In this document: in pieces, positions 9,602-18,737 of the stretch
Numbering within the stretch: position 1 is the first letter of the stretch
How the letters are laid out: every line of letters starts with the position of its first letter
Assembly (NCBI GenBank): GCA_018304175.1
Contig: JAGVWT010000003.1
Span: forward strand, 33,982-97,981
Source of the DNA: Candidatus Pacearchaeota archaeon
Lineage (GTDB): Archaea > Nanobdellota > Nanobdellia > Pacearchaeales > GW2011-AR1
DNA: 64,000 nt
Direction of reading: 5' to 3'
Program-made: the position numbers and the translations under genes
The notes under the pieces: generated by a model
Databases searched by the model: none
What the model was told of the DNA's origin: nothing
The model's input: the letters and a program-made list of their open reading frames with translations, nothing else

Positions 9602-9997
9602 TTATTCTTCTACCAATTCATCAAGGCTTTTTGGTTTTCTTTTTATCTCAAGAGTGGAAAATAATAAACTCAATGTTTCTTCCAAAGGAATATTTTTGCC
9701 ATGTATATATGACGAAACCGTCTGTCGTGTCACACCTATCTGTTCTGCAAGCCATGTTTGATTTTTTCCTAGTTTCTTCAAACTATATTTTATTAAGTCG
9801 CTTAACTCTTTATTCGTATGTCTTTGACTTCTTTTTACAGCAAGATGTTCTCGATATTTGCTAAGATTCTTGAAACCTTTTTGTACAGCAAGATGTTCTT
9901 GATATTCGCTACGATTCTTGAAACCTTTTTTTACAGCAAGATGTTCTTGATATTCGCTACGATTCTTGAAACCTTTTTTTACAGCAAGATGTTCCAT
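9602..9997 (-). CDS. XRE-family HTH protein with N-terminal 16-aa tandem repeats (EHLAVKKGFKNRSEYQ x3-4)
   Basis: C-terminal HTH_3 motif LAEQIGVTRQTVSSYIHGKNIP. The N-terminal region is encoded by the 48-bp tandem DNA repeat, and the frame stays open a further 30 codons or so upstream of the annotated Met. Confidence 0.6.
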   Translation of the reverse strand: MEHLAVKKGFKNRSEYQEHLAVKKGFKNRSEYQEHLAVQKGFKNLSKYREHLAVKRSQRHTNKELSDLIKYSLKKLGKNQTWLAEQIGVTRQTVSSYIHGKNIPLEETLSLLFSTLEIKRKPKSLDELVEE

Positions 9998-10028
9998 ATA
10001 TTCGTTTAAATTCTTGAAACCTTTTTGT
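9837..10028. repeat. 48-bp tandem repeat, 4 copies plus a degenerate fifth upstream (coding, in frame)
   Basis: Unit acagcaagatgttcttgatattcgctacgattcttgaaacctttttt. Copies 2 and 3 are identical; copies 1 and 4 are diverged. Confidence 0.9.
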
Positions 10029-10169
10029 ACCTTGTCTTCTGCCTTCTGTAAGACCCCATGCAGAAGTATAAGATATGTTTATAGATTTAGCAATATCAGT
10101 TATACTATCTCCTGTTTCATACATTTCCCATGCTCTTTCTCTCTGTCTGTCTTGTATTTTTCTTTGCAT
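9957..10169 (-). CDS. small HTH DNA-binding protein (resolvase/sigma-r4-like HTH); its C-terminus reads into the tandem repeat in a different frame
   Basis: ETGDSITDIAKSINISYTSAW resembles HTH_7/HTH_23 recognition helices. Overlaps ORF 9602-9997 by 41 nt in another frame. Confidence 0.4.
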   Translation of the reverse strand: MQRKIQDRQRERAWEMYETGDSITDIAKSINISYTSAWGLTEGRRQGTKRFQEFKRIYGTSCCKKRFQES

Positions 10170-10249
10170 AGAAAAAGAGATGAAAAACCACTTATAAAAG
10201 TATCTATAAGTATAAACTATGAAGTAGTTAATTATACCTCAATTTAACA

Positions 10250-10819
10250 TTAATCAACAAATCCTTTTGGACTTTTCATCTTTACATTTCCATATTGGTT
10301 GAAATAAAGGATATTGTCCAAATCTATTGGATTTTTCTTTTTTTGATTTCCAAAACCAAATCCTATTGGAAATATTGCTTCAACATTTGATGATTCAGGA
10401 ATTTTTAATTCCCTTTTGATTTGTTTTTCTGTAAAGAAACCTATCCAGCATGTTGAGAGATTTTTTTCAGTGATTTTCAGAAGAAAATTTTCTATCGCTG
10501 CTCCTGCCTGCTGCTTCCCGTATTTCTTTCCAAATTCATTACCGAATGAGTTTTTTAGTCTGGAATGGTCGGAAATTACAACTAAAACATAACTTGCATC
10601 CGCGATGAAATCCTGTTGACATGCTTCTGTAATTTTTTTGATTTTATTTTTATCATCAACTAGAATGAATTTTAATGTAAAGTTTTTTCCTGCTTTTGGA
10701 GAATAGCGTGTAGCGTCGATACACTCTATTATGTCTCTCCAATCTGGCTTTTTGCTCTTGAATTTCTTAACACTTGTTCTTGAGTGGATTGCTTTATCTA
10801 AGTCCATTTTTTCCTTCAC
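10250..10819 (-). CDS. nitroreductase-family protein
   Basis: AIHSRTSVKKF (the nitroreductase RxSxRxF motif) and overall about 190 aa FMN-reductase-like layout. Confidence 0.6.
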   Translation of the reverse strand: MKEKMDLDKAIHSRTSVKKFKSKKPDWRDIIECIDATRYSPKAGKNFTLKFILVDDKNKIKKITEACQQDFIADASYVLVVISDHSRLKNSFGNEFGKKYGKQQAGAAIENFLLKITEKNLSTCWIGFFTEKQIKRELKIPESSNVEAIFPIGFGFGNQKKKNPIDLDNILYFNQYGNVKMKSPKGFVD

Positions 10820-10914
10820 TATTTATTTCCCAACCCATCCGCCCGAAGGCAGCCGAGTTAATGTAAATATAAAACAAGGAAGGAAAAAAGAGATTAAAAA
10901 TGTTTTTAAGTTTT

Positions 10915-11175
10915 TTAGGCGGCATAATGGGTTAATGTTGGTCTTTTTTCGTTAAAATAAGTTCTCCGTGTAATTACTTTTCTTGTATCAATTTCTTTCT
11001 TACTTAAACCTTCAAGTAAATTTATTAAGTTTTTTCCATGACCTATTATTTTTCTATTATATATCGCGACCCATTCGTCAGGATATTCTATTCTTAAATT
11101 TTCATAATTTTCATCAAAGTATTCGAAATTATCACTAAACCCCTGTACTATTTTATCAGCTTTTCTAGATTTCAT
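10915..11175 (-). CDS. hypothetical small protein
   Basis: ORF only. Confidence 0.3.
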   Translation of the reverse strand: MKSRKADKIVQGFSDNFEYFDENYENLRIEYPDEWVAIYNRKIIGHGKNLINLLEGLSKKEIDTRKVITRRTYFNEKRPTLTHYAA

Positions 11176-11212
11176 GATAAAAATATTTATTTAAAGTTTA
11201 TAAAAATTATTG

Positions 11213-12439
11213 TTATTCAAAAGCAATTTCTTCGCCTCCGAGAACTTTTTCACCTTTGTAGAGAACAATTGCCTGCCCATTTGCTATTCCTATTACTGGT
11301 TTGTTAAGTGATACGCGGAATTTTCGTGCTGTTGGTGTTCGAAAAATCTTTACAGGGATTAGTTTTCCTAACTGGCGGATTCTTGCGCGGAGTTTAGAAT
11401 CTTTGAAGTTAGTCCCACCTTCCACAGCCCCGACCATCCACCCTTCTTTTTTATCACTATATACAATCGATTTTATTTTATTATTAACTTTTTTACCAAC
11501 TAACTTTTCAACCTCATCTTTATTTATCCAAAAGGGATTCTTTATGAAAATTTCTTTTCTGCAAAGTAGTTTGTGTCCTTCTGGAGCGGCGATTATTATA
11601 TTTTTTTTAGAATCTTTTTTTGCAACATACCATTTTTTGATACTTCCATTATCACTGTTTTTTAAAATTTTAATCCCATTTTTTTCACCTAATCTCTGAC
11701 CAATTGTATAGTAATAAATTCCGTCGTGTTCTCCAATCACTTTCCCTTCGTGATTAAGGATTTTTCCTGGTTTTGCCTTTATTTTCTTTTGAAGGAATTT
11801 TTTCATGTTGACTTTTCCAACAAAACAAATTCCTACTGTTGATTTCTTGTCAAAATTTGGAAAATTTTCTTTTTTTGCAATTTCTCTGACTTGCTTTTTT
11901 GTATAATCTCCTATTGGGAAAATAAGTTTTTTCAATTCATTCTGCTTTGTTCTATATAAGAAATAACTCTGGTCTTTTGATTCATCTTTAGCTCTGAAGA
12001 GTTCGAATTTACCTTTTTTATCTTTTCTTATTCTTGCGTAATGTCCTGTAACTAAATATTCAGCATTTAGTTTTTTTGCCGTCCTTAGCAAAAGTGGAAA
12101 TTTTATTTTGTAGTTGCAATCAATGTCTGGATTTGGGGTTTTTCCTGAATAGTAATCATGAAACATTTTTTCTATAACTTCCTTTTTGTATTGCTTTTCA
12201 AAATCCAATGTGATTAATGGAATTTTTAGTTTATGTGCTATTTGAATTGCATATTTTCTTTCATCTTTCCAATTACATTCTCCAATCTCATTTTTACTAT
12301 CACTCCAATTTTTCATGAAAACTCCAATTACATCAAACCCTTGTTTTTTCATTAATAATGCGGCGACACTTGAATCGACGCCTCCTGACATTGCGACGAT
12401 AACTTTCGTTTTTTTAATTGGTTTCATTTTCCAAAGCAT
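11213..12439 (-). CDS. mnmA: tRNA-specific 2-thiouridylase (MnmA-like PP-loop ATPase)
   Basis: PP-loop SGGVDSSV; about 400 aa; the C-terminal barrel region is conserved. Confidence 0.75.
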   Translation of the reverse strand: MLWKMKPIKKTKVIVAMSGGVDSSVAALLMKKQGFDVIGVFMKNWSDSKNEIGECNWKDERKYAIQIAHKLKIPLITLDFEKQYKKEVIEKMFHDYYSGKTPNPDIDCNYKIKFPLLLRTAKKLNAEYLVTGHYARIRKDKKGKFELFRAKDESKDQSYFLYRTKQNELKKLIFPIGDYTKKQVREIAKKENFPNFDKKSTVGICFVGKVNMKKFLQKKIKAKPGKILNHEGKVIGEHDGIYYYTIGQRLGEKNGIKILKNSDNGSIKKWYVAKKDSKKNIIIAAPEGHKLLCRKEIFIKNPFWINKDEVEKLVGKKVNNKIKSIVYSDKKEGWMVGAVEGGTNFKDSKLRARIRQLGKLIPVKIFRTPTARKFRVSLNKPVIGIANGQAIVLYKGEKVLGGEEIAFE

Positions 12440-12487
12440 ATACTATAATTTAATAATACTTATATACAAGTTTCTTATTTGAACTTT

Positions 12488-13183
12488 ATGGATGATTATC
12501 AAAAAATCTTTTTGGATTTATTATTCAATAAAGGAACTTTAAAAGTTGATGGAGAATATATGTTAAAAAATAAAAGAGTGTCTCCTTGGTTTTTTAATGT
12601 AGGTGATTTAAATGACGGACAAAGTTTAAATGTAATTGGAGAATCATTTGCAAAACAAGTTCCCCTAAATACTAATATTGTATTTGGTCCTGCATATAAA
12701 GGAATACCTCTTGCTGTTGCAACCGTTATAGCAATTCAGTCACCCGTATACGGGAAAGTTAGTTATTCAACTTATAGAAAGGAAGAAAAAGACCATGGCG
12801 AAGCCACAGGAGAAGATTTACAGAAAAAAGTTTTAATTGGCGCTAGAATAAAAGATGGAGACAAAATCACATTAGTTGACGATGTTTTTACCGACGGCGG
12901 TACAAAATATGATGCATTAAATCTCTTGAATAAAATGGCTGACAATTTAATATTTAATTCACTGCTTGTTGTTATAGACAGACAGGAAGTCAATTCCAAT
13001 GGAGAAAATGCAATTGCTAAATTTTCCAGGGAAACAGGAATTCCAGTTAAGCCTATGATTTCTGCATTGGATGTTTATGACTTCTTGATTGAAAAAAACA
13101 TGAATCCTCAGGCACATAGAATAAAAAAATATTTGCTTGATTATGGAACTGATGAAGTAAAAAAAGATTTTGAGAAGAGATAA
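12488..13183 (+). CDS. pyrE: orotate phosphoribosyltransferase
   Basis: N-terminal TLKVDGEYMLKNKRVSPWFFNVG (like FTLKSGR.SPYFFN) and PRTase motif ITLVDDVFTDGGT. The first ATG is at 12488 (the track uses a TTG at 12479). Confidence 0.75.
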   Translation: MDDYQKIFLDLLFNKGTLKVDGEYMLKNKRVSPWFFNVGDLNDGQSLNVIGESFAKQVPLNTNIVFGPAYKGIPLAVATVIAIQSPVYGKVSYSTYRKEEKDHGEATGEDLQKKVLIGARIKDGDKITLVDDVFTDGGTKYDALNLLNKMADNLIFNSLLVVIDRQEVNSNGENAIAKFSRETGIPVKPMISALDVYDFLIEKNMNPQAHRIKKYLLDYGTDEVKKDFEKR

Positions 13184-13897
13184 ATGATGCCTAAAGACTC
13201 TATTATTCCTATTGAAAGAAGTGTTATTCCCGCTTGCGATGTTTCAAGTCTGAAAGATTTGGAAAGAATTGTTAAAAATACTTCAAATATCGAAAAAATC
13301 GGCGGATATAAAATAGGATTTGAATTAGGTTTGAAATATGGTTTTTCTTCTGTTGTGGATGTAATAGGAAAATATTCTGACAAGCCGATAATTTACGATC
13401 ATCAAAAGGCAGGAACTGATATTCCTGATATAGGGGAAAATTTTGCACGAATATGTTGGGTTTCAGGAATTGATGCAGTTATTTTATTTCCGCAGTCAGG
13501 ACCTGAAACAGAAAAAGCATGGATTGAAGCTGCTTTTGAGAGGGGTTTAGGAGTAATCGTAGGAGGATTGATGACTCATCCTAAATATTTGAGGAGTGAA
13601 GGAGGATATATTGCTGACGAGGCAATAATGGAAATGTACTTGAATGCAGCTGATTTAGGTGTTAGGAATTTTGTTGTTCCAGGAAATAGGCCTAATGACA
13701 TAAAGAAAATCAGAAAAGCGATTGAACAAAAAGGAATCTCTCCAACATTTTATGCTCCTGGATTTATAGAGCAAGGTGGGAATCTTTCAGAAGCTGCAAA
13801 AGCTGCCGGAAAGAGATTTCATGGAATTGTCGGACGAACTTTGTGCAATGCAGAAAATATTGAAAAAGTTGCCAGAGATTTAACGAGCCAGATTTAA
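13184..13897 (+). CDS. pyrF: orotidine-5'-phosphate decarboxylase
   Basis: VIPACDV...YKIGFEL and DHQKAGTDIPDIG (K..DIP) motifs; adjacent to pyrE. Confidence 0.65.
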   Translation: MMPKDSIIPIERSVIPACDVSSLKDLERIVKNTSNIEKIGGYKIGFELGLKYGFSSVVDVIGKYSDKPIIYDHQKAGTDIPDIGENFARICWVSGIDAVILFPQSGPETEKAWIEAAFERGLGVIVGGLMTHPKYLRSEGGYIADEAIMEMYLNAADLGVRNFVVPGNRPNDIKKIRKAIEQKGISPTFYAPGFIEQGGNLSEAAKAAGKRFHGIVGRTLCNAENIEKVARDLTSQI

Positions 13898-13937
13898 CTA
13901 AAAACCTTTAAATACGTTTTTCTTTTTCTCAAATCAT

Positions 13938-14030
13938 GTCCCGGTAGCTCAGCAGGTAGAGCACATGACTGTTAGAATTTTGAAAATTGCAGCGATCATG
14001 GGGTCGTAGGTTCGAGTCCTACCCGGGACG
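13938..14030 (+). tRNA. tRNA-Asn (anticodon GTT) with a 20-nt intron (13975-13994) at the canonical 37/38 position
   Basis: Manual fold: acceptor GTCCCGG/CCGGGAC, D-arm GCTC-AGCAGGTA-GAGC, anticodon stem CATGA/TCATG, loop CTGTTA|intron|A, T-arm GTAGG-TTCGAGT-CCTAC, discriminator G. No CCA is encoded. Confidence 0.7.
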
Positions 14031-14032
14031 TT

Positions 14033-14536
14033 TCATTTTTTCTTCAGGCCCAAATCAAAAATAGGTTCTGGTTTATGTTTTTCAATTCTGTTGTAAACCT
14101 TTGAGTGTTTTGAGCCCTTTATTATAGAAACAACTGCTTCTCCGGCGTTTTTTATATTGTCAACATCTCCGATTATTCCAACTTGGCTGTCTTTAACTTG
14201 AAAATAACATTTTGTCAATTCACTTAAAACACGAAGAGTTTTGCCTTTTGTTCCTATTATCCGCGCCTTTATCATTCCTAAATCTTTTCTTTTTGTGTAA
14301 TCTTTTATGTTTAAAATTTCAAGTACAAATTCATCTTCTTTTAAGAGGAATGCTTTTTCTATTGGAAAACCTAAGTTTATTGCGTCAACAATTTTTTCAG
14401 CATAGTACTCATCTTCAGGCTTACCATCAATATGAATTTCTTTTTCCTTGATAGACACTTTTACCTTTAGTTCTTTCTCAAACTTTGCCTTTGCCTTTAG
14501 GACTTTCCTTGGATTTTCAGATATTAATCTTTTCAT
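14033..14536 (-). CDS. KH-domain RNA-binding protein (two KH domains)
   Basis: Two GxxG-containing KH-like segments (IIGTKGKTLRVL...; KHSKVYNRI); archaeal KH/Dim2-like size. Confidence 0.55.
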   Translation of the reverse strand: MKRLISENPRKVLKAKAKFEKELKVKVSIKEKEIHIDGKPEDEYYAEKIVDAINLGFPIEKAFLLKEDEFVLEILNIKDYTKRKDLGMIKARIIGTKGKTLRVLSELTKCYFQVKDSQVGIIGDVDNIKNAGEAVVSIIKGSKHSKVYNRIEKHKPEPIFDLGLKKK

Positions 14537-14583
14537 GATTGTAAATAGAATATCTTTTTAAAATACTTTTGCATTTTATTGTA

Positions 14584-15222
14584 ATGATAAAAGCTGTGAT
14601 TTTTGATTTGGGTGGTGTCTTGATTTTTTATAATCACATGATTGCTGCCAGAAAAATGTCCAGACTTATTAGAGTTCCAAAGGAAAAGATTTTTGCTTTT
14701 TTAAATGAAAACAAAGAGTTTAATGTTTCTTATGAATTAAAATCTTCTCCAAAAATATATTGGGGTATTGCTGAGAAAGAGTTAGGAAAGAAAATTCCAA
14801 TAAGTGATTTTGAGAATTTATGGAAAACAATTTTTTGGCCGAATAAAAAAATGATATTCTTCGCCAGAAAAATAAAGAAAAAATACAAAATCGCGCTGCT
14901 TTCAAATACGGGAAATCTACATGGTTCTTACCTATCAAAAAAATATCATCTTCAAGAGATTTTTTCTGTTATAATTTATTCTTACAAAGTTAAAACCAGA
15001 AAACCAAATCGAAAAATTTATGAAATTGCTCTGAAAAAATTACATGTAAAACCTAGAGAAGCAATTTTTATTGATGATAAAAAACCAAATGTCAAAGGTG
15101 CTGAAAAAGTTGGAATTCACGGAGTTTTATTCAGAAATTCAAAGCAGGCAATAAGAGATGTTGATAAAATAATTGAAAGAGAAAATAAAAATCAAAACTC
15201 AATTGTTTCTTTTTCGAGATAA
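14584..15222 (+). CDS. HAD-superfamily hydrolase
   Basis: Motif I IKAVIFDLGGVL (DxG) and motif III-IV KIALLSN...FIDDK. The first ATG is at 14584. Confidence 0.7.
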   Translation: MIKAVIFDLGGVLIFYNHMIAARKMSRLIRVPKEKIFAFLNENKEFNVSYELKSSPKIYWGIAEKELGKKIPISDFENLWKTIFWPNKKMIFFARKIKKKYKIALLSNTGNLHGSYLSKKYHLQEIFSVIIYSYKVKTRKPNRKIYEIALKKLHVKPREAIFIDDKKPNVKGAEKVGIHGVLFRNSKQAIRDVDKIIERENKNQNSIVSFSR

Positions 15223-15524
15223 TTATTTTTTTTGAGCCATTCAATTTGATTAGGTCGATATTTGAAAATAACATCTCCTTTTTCATAATCTAGCTCCCAC
15301 ATTTCTATAATAACCACATCACCCGGGCGTAACCAAAGTTTTCTTTTTAATCTTCCAGGAACACGGCAATTACGATTTTTGCCGTCGAGACAACGCACCA
15401 TCATTTTATTTCCTCCAAGTCTTTGTTCTATAATTCCTATAACTTCTCCTTTTCTAGGAAGTTTTACCCTTGTGATTTGCTGTTCCTCTTCATTTTCATT
15501 GTTACTTTTATTATTTTTATTCAT
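15192..15524 (-). CDS. eif1a: translation initiation factor 1A (aIF-1A)
   Basis: S1-like OB fold RVKLPRKGEVIGIIEQRLGGNKMMVRCLDGKNRNCRVPGRLKRKLWLRPGDVVII. Confidence 0.9.
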   Translation of the reverse strand: MNKNNKSNNENEEEQQITRVKLPRKGEVIGIIEQRLGGNKMMVRCLDGKNRNCRVPGRLKRKLWLRPGDVVIIEMWELDYEKGDVIFKYRPNQIEWLKKNNYLEKETIEF

Positions 15525-15573
15525 ATATACTTTGATTTCATAATGTTTATAAATTTAATCTCCAAATAAATAA

Positions 15574-15822
15574 ATGGGTTTTGAATTCTATTTTGAATTA
15601 CTATCTGGTGAAAGTCATTTTCATTGTGGTCTTGAAAATTTGGAAAGTGCAAATAAAGGACTTGAATCATTAGCTAATAATGGAATGCGGGTAGAAAGTG
15701 CGTATGGTGAAATAAAAGAAAATGGTAAAGTCATAAAAATGTATAATATTACTTATGAAATAATTGATGGGAAAAGAAAAGCAATACTTAAAGAATGGAA
15801 ACTCATAAAAGAACAATTGTGA
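15574..15822 (+). CDS. hypothetical protein
   Basis: ORF only. Confidence 0.3.
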   Translation: MGFEFYFELLSGESHFHCGLENLESANKGLESLANNGMRVESAYGEIKENGKVIKMYNITYEIIDGKRKAILKEWKLIKEQL

Positions 15823-16108
15823 ATGGAGTGCCTGAAATTTTTCTTACCTGATTTTCAGAAATAATTCCAGCTTTAATCGCCGATTTTATTGAGTTTTCTC
15901 CAACAATATTAAATGTCGCGTCTTCTACTGACATTTGTTTTAGAAATTCAACCAATTTTTCTTCATTTAATTCTAAAGAATCTTTTCCGTTGAAAAAACT
16001 CTCTTTTATGTCAAGCTGGAAATTTCCTTCGTAGAATTTTTTTCCGAGTAAATCTTCGTCGCAGACAGCGACTATATCTCGATAGGATTTTATAATCCTT
16101 GCAAACAT
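15803..16108 (-). CDS. hypothetical protein (DUF424-like archaeal small protein)
   Basis: ORF; weak resemblance to a family of small archaeal conserved proteins. Confidence 0.3.
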   Translation of the reverse strand: MFARIIKSYRDIVAVCDEDLLGKKFYEGNFQLDIKESFFNGKDSLELNEEKLVEFLKQMSVEDATFNIVGENSIKSAIKAGIISENQVRKISGTPFTIVLL

Positions 16109-16114
16109 TGTAAA

Positions 16115-16306
16115 TTAATAAGATTTTTTTGCTCCAGATTTGATTGCCTTTTCTGCGTTTTCTTGAGACATCATAGCACTCATTTTTGTACCACAAACAC
16201 TACATGGACCTTGAGCCATAAATCCGCCTCTTGAAGTCTTGACAATCTTTGGGTCTTTCATTTCTCTTCCTTTTGCTTTACATTTAACACAATATGCTTG
16301 AACCAT
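16115..16306 (-). CDS. small zinc-ribbon protein
   Basis: CVKC...CSVCG (two CxxC pairs), 63 aa. Confidence 0.45.
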   Translation of the reverse strand: MVQAYCVKCKAKGREMKDPKIVKTSRGGFMAQGPCSVCGTKMSAMMSQENAEKAIKSGAKKSY

Positions 16307-16430
16307 TTTTTACCTCCTAAAAAATTTAGTTTTTTTAGTTTATAAGGTTTATTGTTAATAACATTTAAAATTATTTTATAACAAAGATTTATAAAATATT
16401 TAAAAAAATCGAAAAACTTATGTAAGTCTG

Positions 16431-16841
16431 TTAAATCTTGCTTCTTACGCTGTGTTTTGCACCACATGCTAAACAATGAATAAATGCTAGTCTATCTTCT
16501 TTTAATAATTCTGTGTCTGGTTTTCCACATTGTTTGCAGGTGACAAATTCTTTGATATAGTCATTTATTTTTTGATTTATTTTCTCGCTTGGAACTTTTA
16601 TATTCAAAACTAACCTATCTCCTTCTTTTTGCCCCGAAGTTGCGAGTTCTTTAAGGATGAATTTTTGGAAGTGAGACTCGTCACGTCTGATATAACTTGC
16701 AATCTGGAAAAAGTTTGTGATAATCGTCTTTTTACCTTCAAAATAACCTTGAATTTTTGGGATTTCAAATCTATCACTATCTTTTTTAGATACTTGCTTT
16801 ACTTTCTTGTATGCTTCTTCAAGAAGTTTTTCGTATTCCAT
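16431..16841 (-). CDS. eif2b: translation initiation factor 2 beta subunit (aIF-2 beta)
   Basis: Conserved core plus C-terminal C4 zinc finger CKQCGKPDT...CLACGA. Confidence 0.85.
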   Translation of the reverse strand: MEYEKLLEEAYKKVKQVSKKDSDRFEIPKIQGYFEGKKTIITNFFQIASYIRRDESHFQKFILKELATSGQKEGDRLVLNIKVPSEKINQKINDYIKEFVTCKQCGKPDTELLKEDRLAFIHCLACGAKHSVRSKI

Positions 16842-16891
16842 AGAAATATTGCCACGGAATACTTTATAAATCTTTTACGCTTTACACTCCA

Positions 16892-17497
16892 ATGAATTTG
16901 AGGCACATTGTTATTGGAATTGGAATTTTTATTCTGACTTTATTTGTGACTATTTACGGAATCAGTGTGTTTTTTCCGCAGCCACAGTATGAAGATTTTT
17001 GTGGCTCTGAAAGATTCCCAAAAATGGTAAATGGGGAAGAGCAAATATGTCCTTCTATTTGTGTTGAACTTTATGAAATACAAGATGGTGAGTGTATTTT
17101 CAATGAGTGTGGTTCTGGTTGTGGTCCTGATGCTGTGACGAGTTTTGATAAACTAAATCAATGTGAAATTGCTTTGACAGGAAAGAATTGTTATGATCTT
17201 TATAATGATGCGATGGAAGAAAACAGTAAGAAAAGATTCTTGGCTTCAATTCCTCTTGGGGTTATTGTGATTATTTTGGGAAATGTAATATTTGCGCTTG
17301 AGAGTGTTGGAGTTGGATTAATGGCTGGTGGAGTTGGGACATTTATCTGGGGGGCAGGAGGTTACTGGAGTTATGCAAGCGATTTGTGGAGGTTTGCGAT
17401 TTCACTTTTAGGATTGGTGGTTTTGATATTGGCTGCATACTGGTTTGAGAAACAAAACAAAACCGGTTTCTTCAAAAGAATTTTTGGGAAGAAGTAA
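16892..17497 (+). CDS. membrane protein with a Cys-rich extracytoplasmic domain
   Basis: N-terminal TM, 10 Cys in the middle domain, 2-3 C-terminal TM helices. Confidence 0.4.
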   Translation: MNLRHIVIGIGIFILTLFVTIYGISVFFPQPQYEDFCGSERFPKMVNGEEQICPSICVELYEIQDGECIFNECGSGCGPDAVTSFDKLNQCEIALTGKNCYDLYNDAMEENSKKRFLASIPLGVIVIILGNVIFALESVGVGLMAGGVGTFIWGAGGYWSYASDLWRFAISLLGLVVLILAAYWFEKQNKTGFFKRIFGKK

Positions 17498-17548
17498 TGT
17501 CTAGGTTAATACAACAATTTTTAAAAACCCTTCAAAACTTTATTTTTA

Positions 17549-18010
17549 ATGGGTAAAAATAAATTAAGGGATAGACTTTATTCGGAAGTAAACAGAAATT
17601 CTAGTATAAAAAAAAGAGAAATAAATTATATTCTTGGATTGATTCAAGCAAATCCTATGATCACCAAATTACTTGGAGATAAAAATTTGGATAATGGGAA
17701 TTTAGAGAAGAGTGTTTTTGAAAACACAAGAAAAATTCTTGTTGAAATTGAGGACAGATATTCTTCTCCTGTTGGTATCACTTATACATATCAACCAGAA
17801 GAATTGTCTAACCCAAACTCTACGGGATACTCGCCGGTATTTATTCTTGGCTGGATTGAGAGTAGAAAAATGAACGGGATTGATGCATATCATTTATTTT
17901 CTTCTGAAGAAGGTTTGAGGATAGTCAATGATTTGAGAAAAATAAGGAAACAAATTTCTATTGAAGAAAGAAACAAACGAGTTCTTGGGAGGCTTTATTA
18001 TAGTCTCTAG
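17549..18010 (+). CDS. hypothetical protein
   Basis: ORF only. Confidence 0.3.
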   Translation: MGKNKLRDRLYSEVNRNSSIKKREINYILGLIQANPMITKLLGDKNLDNGNLEKSVFENTRKILVEIEDRYSSPVGITYTYQPEELSNPNSTGYSPVFILGWIESRKMNGIDAYHLFSSEEGLRIVNDLRKIRKQISIEERNKRVLGRLYYSL

Positions 18011-18095
18011 AGAAAGTCATCAAGGTTGACTCCAATTCTCTCATAATATTTCCCGAATTTTTCTTTTACTCTTAACAAATAATTTTCCGCGTTTT

Positions 18096-18731
18096 TCAAC
18101 CCAACCATCTTACAATTCCAGGACGTGGTTCAAATACAAGCCCTTCTTCAATTAATTTTAGGACTTCTTTGCTGACTTTTTCATTTGCCTCATTGATTTT
18201 TGGAGAAATTCCCGCGATTTCTATACCGCCGTTTTCTTCTGATTTTTTTATTATTTCAATTACTTTATTTTTTATTGAAAAATTTTGGTTTTGCTCCAAT
18301 GAATCTTTTTTAATTGTAGAAATGTTATTTTCCTGTTTTTCAGTTTCAAGTTTTCTTAATAATAGATATTTTGGATCCTGTTTTTTTATTATTTCTGGTG
18401 AGATGTAAACTTCATCGTTGAAATATCTTAAGGAACCAATTATGATTATCGTGTCTCCGAGCGACAGTTCTTTGAGCTTTTCAGCGTCGTCACCGAATAA
18501 TTTTAGGCTTATTTGTCCTGAGCCGTCGTCTATTTTTACAAAAACAAATTTTTTTTCTCCTTCGCTTTCGTATTTTTCAACTACACTGGCAATAACATTA
18601 ACTCTTCGAACTTTTAAATTCCCTAATTCAAGAAAACCAAACCTCTCATTTTCTATAACTGGCTTCTTGATTAGAATGCTGCCTATTCTTAACTTATACG
18701 CAATGTTTCGTTTGAATTTTTCATCTGGCAT
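18096..18731 (-). CDS. RPA2-like ssDNA-binding protein (OB-fold plus C-terminal winged helix)
   Basis: OB-fold core VRRVNVIASVV...FVFVKIDDGSGQISLKLFGD...IIIIGSL. The C-terminal EGLVFEPRPGIVRWLG mirrors the wH tail of the adjacent MCM (GIIFEPKKGYIQKMG). Confidence 0.4.
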   Translation of the reverse strand: MPDEKFKRNIAYKLRIGSILIKKPVIENERFGFLELGNLKVRRVNVIASVVEKYESEGEKKFVFVKIDDGSGQISLKLFGDDAEKLKELSLGDTIIIIGSLRYFNDEVYISPEIIKKQDPKYLLLRKLETEKQENNISTIKKDSLEQNQNFSIKNKVIEIIKKSEENGGIEIAGISPKINEANEKVSKEVLKLIEEGLVFEPRPGIVRWLG

Positions 18732-18737
18732 TTTAGA

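Noticed and set aside
9837-10028. 48-bp tandem repeat as a CRISPR array
   Set aside because: The repeats are contiguous with no spacers, lie in frame inside a coding region and encode a 16-aa peptide repeat. No cas genes are nearby.
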